Shown here: positions 54,818 through 56,225 of the stretch, piece after piece
Numbering within the stretch: the stretch's first letter is position 1
Layout of the letters: each line of letters begins with the position of its first letter
Source: Armatimonadota bacterium
GTDB lineage: Bacteria > Armatimonadota > Armatimonadia > Armatimonadales > Armatimonadaceae
Direction of reading: 5' to 3'
Length of the DNA: 56,225 bases
NCBI GenBank assembly: GCA_043754515.1
Contig: JAYUUO010000036.1
Span: 1 to 56,225, forward strand
Program-made: the position numbers and the translations under genes
Notes under the pieces: generated by a model
Database searches by the model: none
The model's input: the letters and a program-made list of their open reading frames with translations, nothing else
Told to the model about the DNA's origin: nothing

Positions 54818-55882
54818 ATGAAAATAATCGAACTAGAAGCCGACGATGACGACGTGATCGTCGAGGAGTTCTCCCCCGCCGCCTCGGAGAGTAGTGAGTA
54901 CGTCTTCGCCGCCACCACGGAGCAGAACGGCGAGCGGCTCGACGTGTTTCTCGCGTCACGCCTGCCCGACATTTCCCGATCGCAGATTCAGCGGATTGTG
55001 ACCGCGGGCAACGCGCTGGTGAACGGAGTCACAGCGAAGCCTTCCTTGAAACTGTTCGCAGGGGACGCTATCCTGCTGGACGTGCCCCCCGCTCACCCGA
55101 CCGAAGTTCTCCCCGAGGACATCCCGCTCGACGTGGTTTTCGAGGATGGCGACCTGCTCGTGATCAACAAGGCGAAAGGGATGGTGGTTCACCCCGCGCC
55201 CGGTGCCGCGTCGGGGACGCTGGTCAATGCCCTGCTGTACCACTGCCACGATCTGAGCGGCATCGGCGGCGAGCAACGCCCCGGCATCGTCCACCGGCTC
55301 GATAAGGACACGACCGGACTCATGATGGTCGCCAAAAACGACCTGACGCACCGGGATCTACAAACGCAGATACAGAAAAAGACGGCGGAACGGCGCTACC
55401 TCGCGTATATCTGGGGCCGCCCCCAGTTCAACGAGGCCGTGGTAGACGCCCCCATCGGGCGCCACCCGACCGACCGCAAGCGGATGGCCGTTGTCGAGCC
55501 GGGGAGTGTTAATCCGGGGAGAAACGCGCAGACCCATCTCTTCGTGCGCGAGCCGAACGGCGTGATCTCGCTGGTCGAATGCGTTCTGCAAACGGGACGC
55601 ACGCATCAGATACGCGTCCACTGCGCCTACATCGGCAACCCCGTTGTCGCCGATCCTGTATACGGCGGTGAGCGCAAAGTCAGTCCTGAATGGGCGCGTG
55701 ACGCCCGACTCAGAACGCGGATAAACGAGCACATCGCGGGGATGCGCGGGCAGGCGTTGCACTCCCACAGCCTTTCTTTCACCCACCCGCGAACCGGCGA
55801 ACGCCTTGCATTCGCCTTGCCGCTTCCCCCCGAGATGAAAACCCTACGCACGCTTCTACAAGCGGCGAAAGGCGGCGCATAG
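54818..55882 (+). CDS. RluA-family pseudouridine synthase (RluD-like)
   Basis: S4 domain [44 protein letters not shown]. Confidence 0.95.
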   Translation: MKIIELEADDDDVIVEEFSPAASESSEYVFAATTEQNGERLDVFLASRLPDISRSQIQRIVTAGNALVNGVTAKPSLKLFAGDAILLDVPPAHPTEVLPEDIPLDVVFEDGDLLVINKAKGMVVHPAPGAASGTLVNALLYHCHDLSGIGGEQRPGIVHRLDKDTTGLMMVAKNDLTHRDLQTQIQKKTAERRYLAYIWGRPQFNEAVVDAPIGRHPTDRKRMAVVEPGSVNPGRNAQTHLFVREPNGVISLVECVLQTGRTHQIRVHCAYIGNPVVADPVYGGERKVSPEWARDARLRTRINEHIAGMRGQALHSHSLSFTHPRTGERLAFALPLPPEMKTLRTLLQAAKGGA

Positions 55883-55923
55883 GTGTCCGCTTGGAAATGC
55901 GCCCGGTACATGAGAGGGGCGAG

Positions 55924-56225
55924 ATGCTAAACGGTCTGCGCGTCGTGGTGGTGCTTCCGGCTTACAAAGCGGCGAAGACGCTGGAGCGCACGCTGGCGGA
56001 AATCCCGCACGACGTCGTGGACGACCTGATCCTCGTGGACGACGCGTCACCGGACGACACGGTGCCCGTGGCGCAGGCACTCGGGATTCACGTCGTGGTG
56101 CATCCCAAGAACCGCGGCTACGGCGGGAACCAGAAGACTTGCTACCGGGAGGCGTTGCAACGCGGCGCGGACGTGGTCATCATGCTCCACCCCGACTACC
56201 AGTACACACCCAAACTGGTGGGCGC
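55924..56225 (+). CDS. Glycosyltransferase family 2 (runs off the window end)
   Basis: Manual translation [49 protein letters not shown]. Confidence 0.9.
   Translation, partial: MLNGLRVVVVLPAYKAAKTLERTLAEIPHDVVDDLILVDDASPDDTVPVAQALGIHVVVHPKNRGYGGNQKTCYREALQRGADVVIMLHPDYQYTPKLVG

Overview
GC-rich bacterial chromosomal segment. A DUF1559/H-X9-DG prepilin-like gene and the overall gene content suggest Armatimonadota or a similar Terrabacteria lineage (inference). About 50 CDS: housekeeping genes (alaS, ruvX, mltG, argH, rsmI, tgt, uvrC, hom, lspA, lgt, rluD-like, a FliA/WhiG sigma), one tRNA-Ala(CGC), accessory genes and several gene remnants. No CRISPR array, integrase or intact transposase was seen. 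The best candidate for an undescribed system is an alanine-rich 20-codon leader peptide with a full 1:2 / 2:3 / 3:4 attenuator layout (45750-45927, minus strand). It lies upstream of an Lrp + aminotransferase pair (YugG/YugH = AlaR/AlaT-like), with a toxin-antitoxin-like cassette between them. Other candidates: a ~1130-aa tubulin/FtsZ-like GTPase preceded by two paralogous 2-TM helical proteins; a second Lgt-family gene translationally coupled to three zinc-ribbon membrane paralogs; a doubly degenerate GGDEF/HD-GYP protein behind the WhiG-like sigma; and many near-leaderless genes. All calls come from manual motif recognition; no searches were run.
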